A DNA stretch of 64,000 nucleotides from an uncultured Acidobacteriota bacterium (lineage in GTDB: Bacteria > Acidobacteriota > Vicinamibacteria > Marinacidobacterales > SMYC01), in NCBI GenBank assembly GCA_963815675.1, contig CAWFHP010000007.1:37302-101301 (forward strand), read 5' to 3'. The notes beneath the pieces were generated by a model. That model was not told the origin of the DNA and did not search any database. It was given only the letters and a program-made list of their open reading frames with translations. Of this stretch, positions 63,809-64,000 are shown one piece after another (position 1 is the first letter of the stretch; each line of letters opens with the position of its first letter). A program made the translations under genes and the position numbers.

Positions 63809-64000
63809 TCATTCGACCACGACGTCAATTCCCGGCGACTCAGCTTCGCCCCTCCAAATAGGCCAGCCGCCGGTGGTGCAGGAAGCCTCGTCCTCGTAGT
63901 GCTTGGCGTGGTACACCCACGTCACACGATATCGCCCTGGCTTCGGGAAAGGCAGCTCGGGTCTAAAATCGCCTTCATTCAGCACGATTCGAAACATAAA
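63809..64000 (-). CDS. 3' end of a hypothetical cassette gene (runs off the window)
   Basis: Open frame ending in TGA 7 nt before the attC R'' box; PG.YRV...Y motif. Confidence 0.7.
   Translation of the reverse strand, partial: FMFRIVLNEGDFRPELPFPKPGRYRVTWVYHAKHYEDEASCTTGGWPIWRGEAESPGIDVVVE

Noticed and set aside
59593-64000. CRISPR array, or an integrase within the window
   Set aside because: Repeats are long imperfect palindromes separated by whole genes; no cas gene or tyrosine recombinase motifs seen

Overview
High-GC bacterial chromosomal segment. The ADOP permeases, the several Ser/Thr kinases (TPR and PD40 types) and the DUF4388 proteins suggest Acidobacteriota (Vicinamibacteria-like); this is an inference. 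About half of the long genes are split by single-base frameshifts, which look like long-read indel errors rather than true pseudogenes. Content in order: proline dehydrogenase; a minus-strand run of DUF4388-TonB, PstS-OmpA, DNA Pol II, AlkD and an M49 peptidase; a three-gene coupled unit (unannotated 52-aa ORF, Rad50/RloC-like zinc-hook ABC ATPase, kinase-TPR); a kinase-M23-aminotransferase fusion; ADOP permeases; a decayed toxin-antitoxin/kinase islet (21.8-25.3 kb); a CoxL-like Mo enzyme; a glycolipid-type cluster; a secreted four-gene operon; a giant M14 peptidase; a sigma-54 BON gene; soxBDAG; and a ClpB-like protein that lacks most catalytic motifs. The right end holds an integron-type cassette array (attC sites, hicBA cassette) with no integrase inside the window. 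No rRNA, tRNA or CRISPR array was seen. All family calls come from motif recognition, not database searches.
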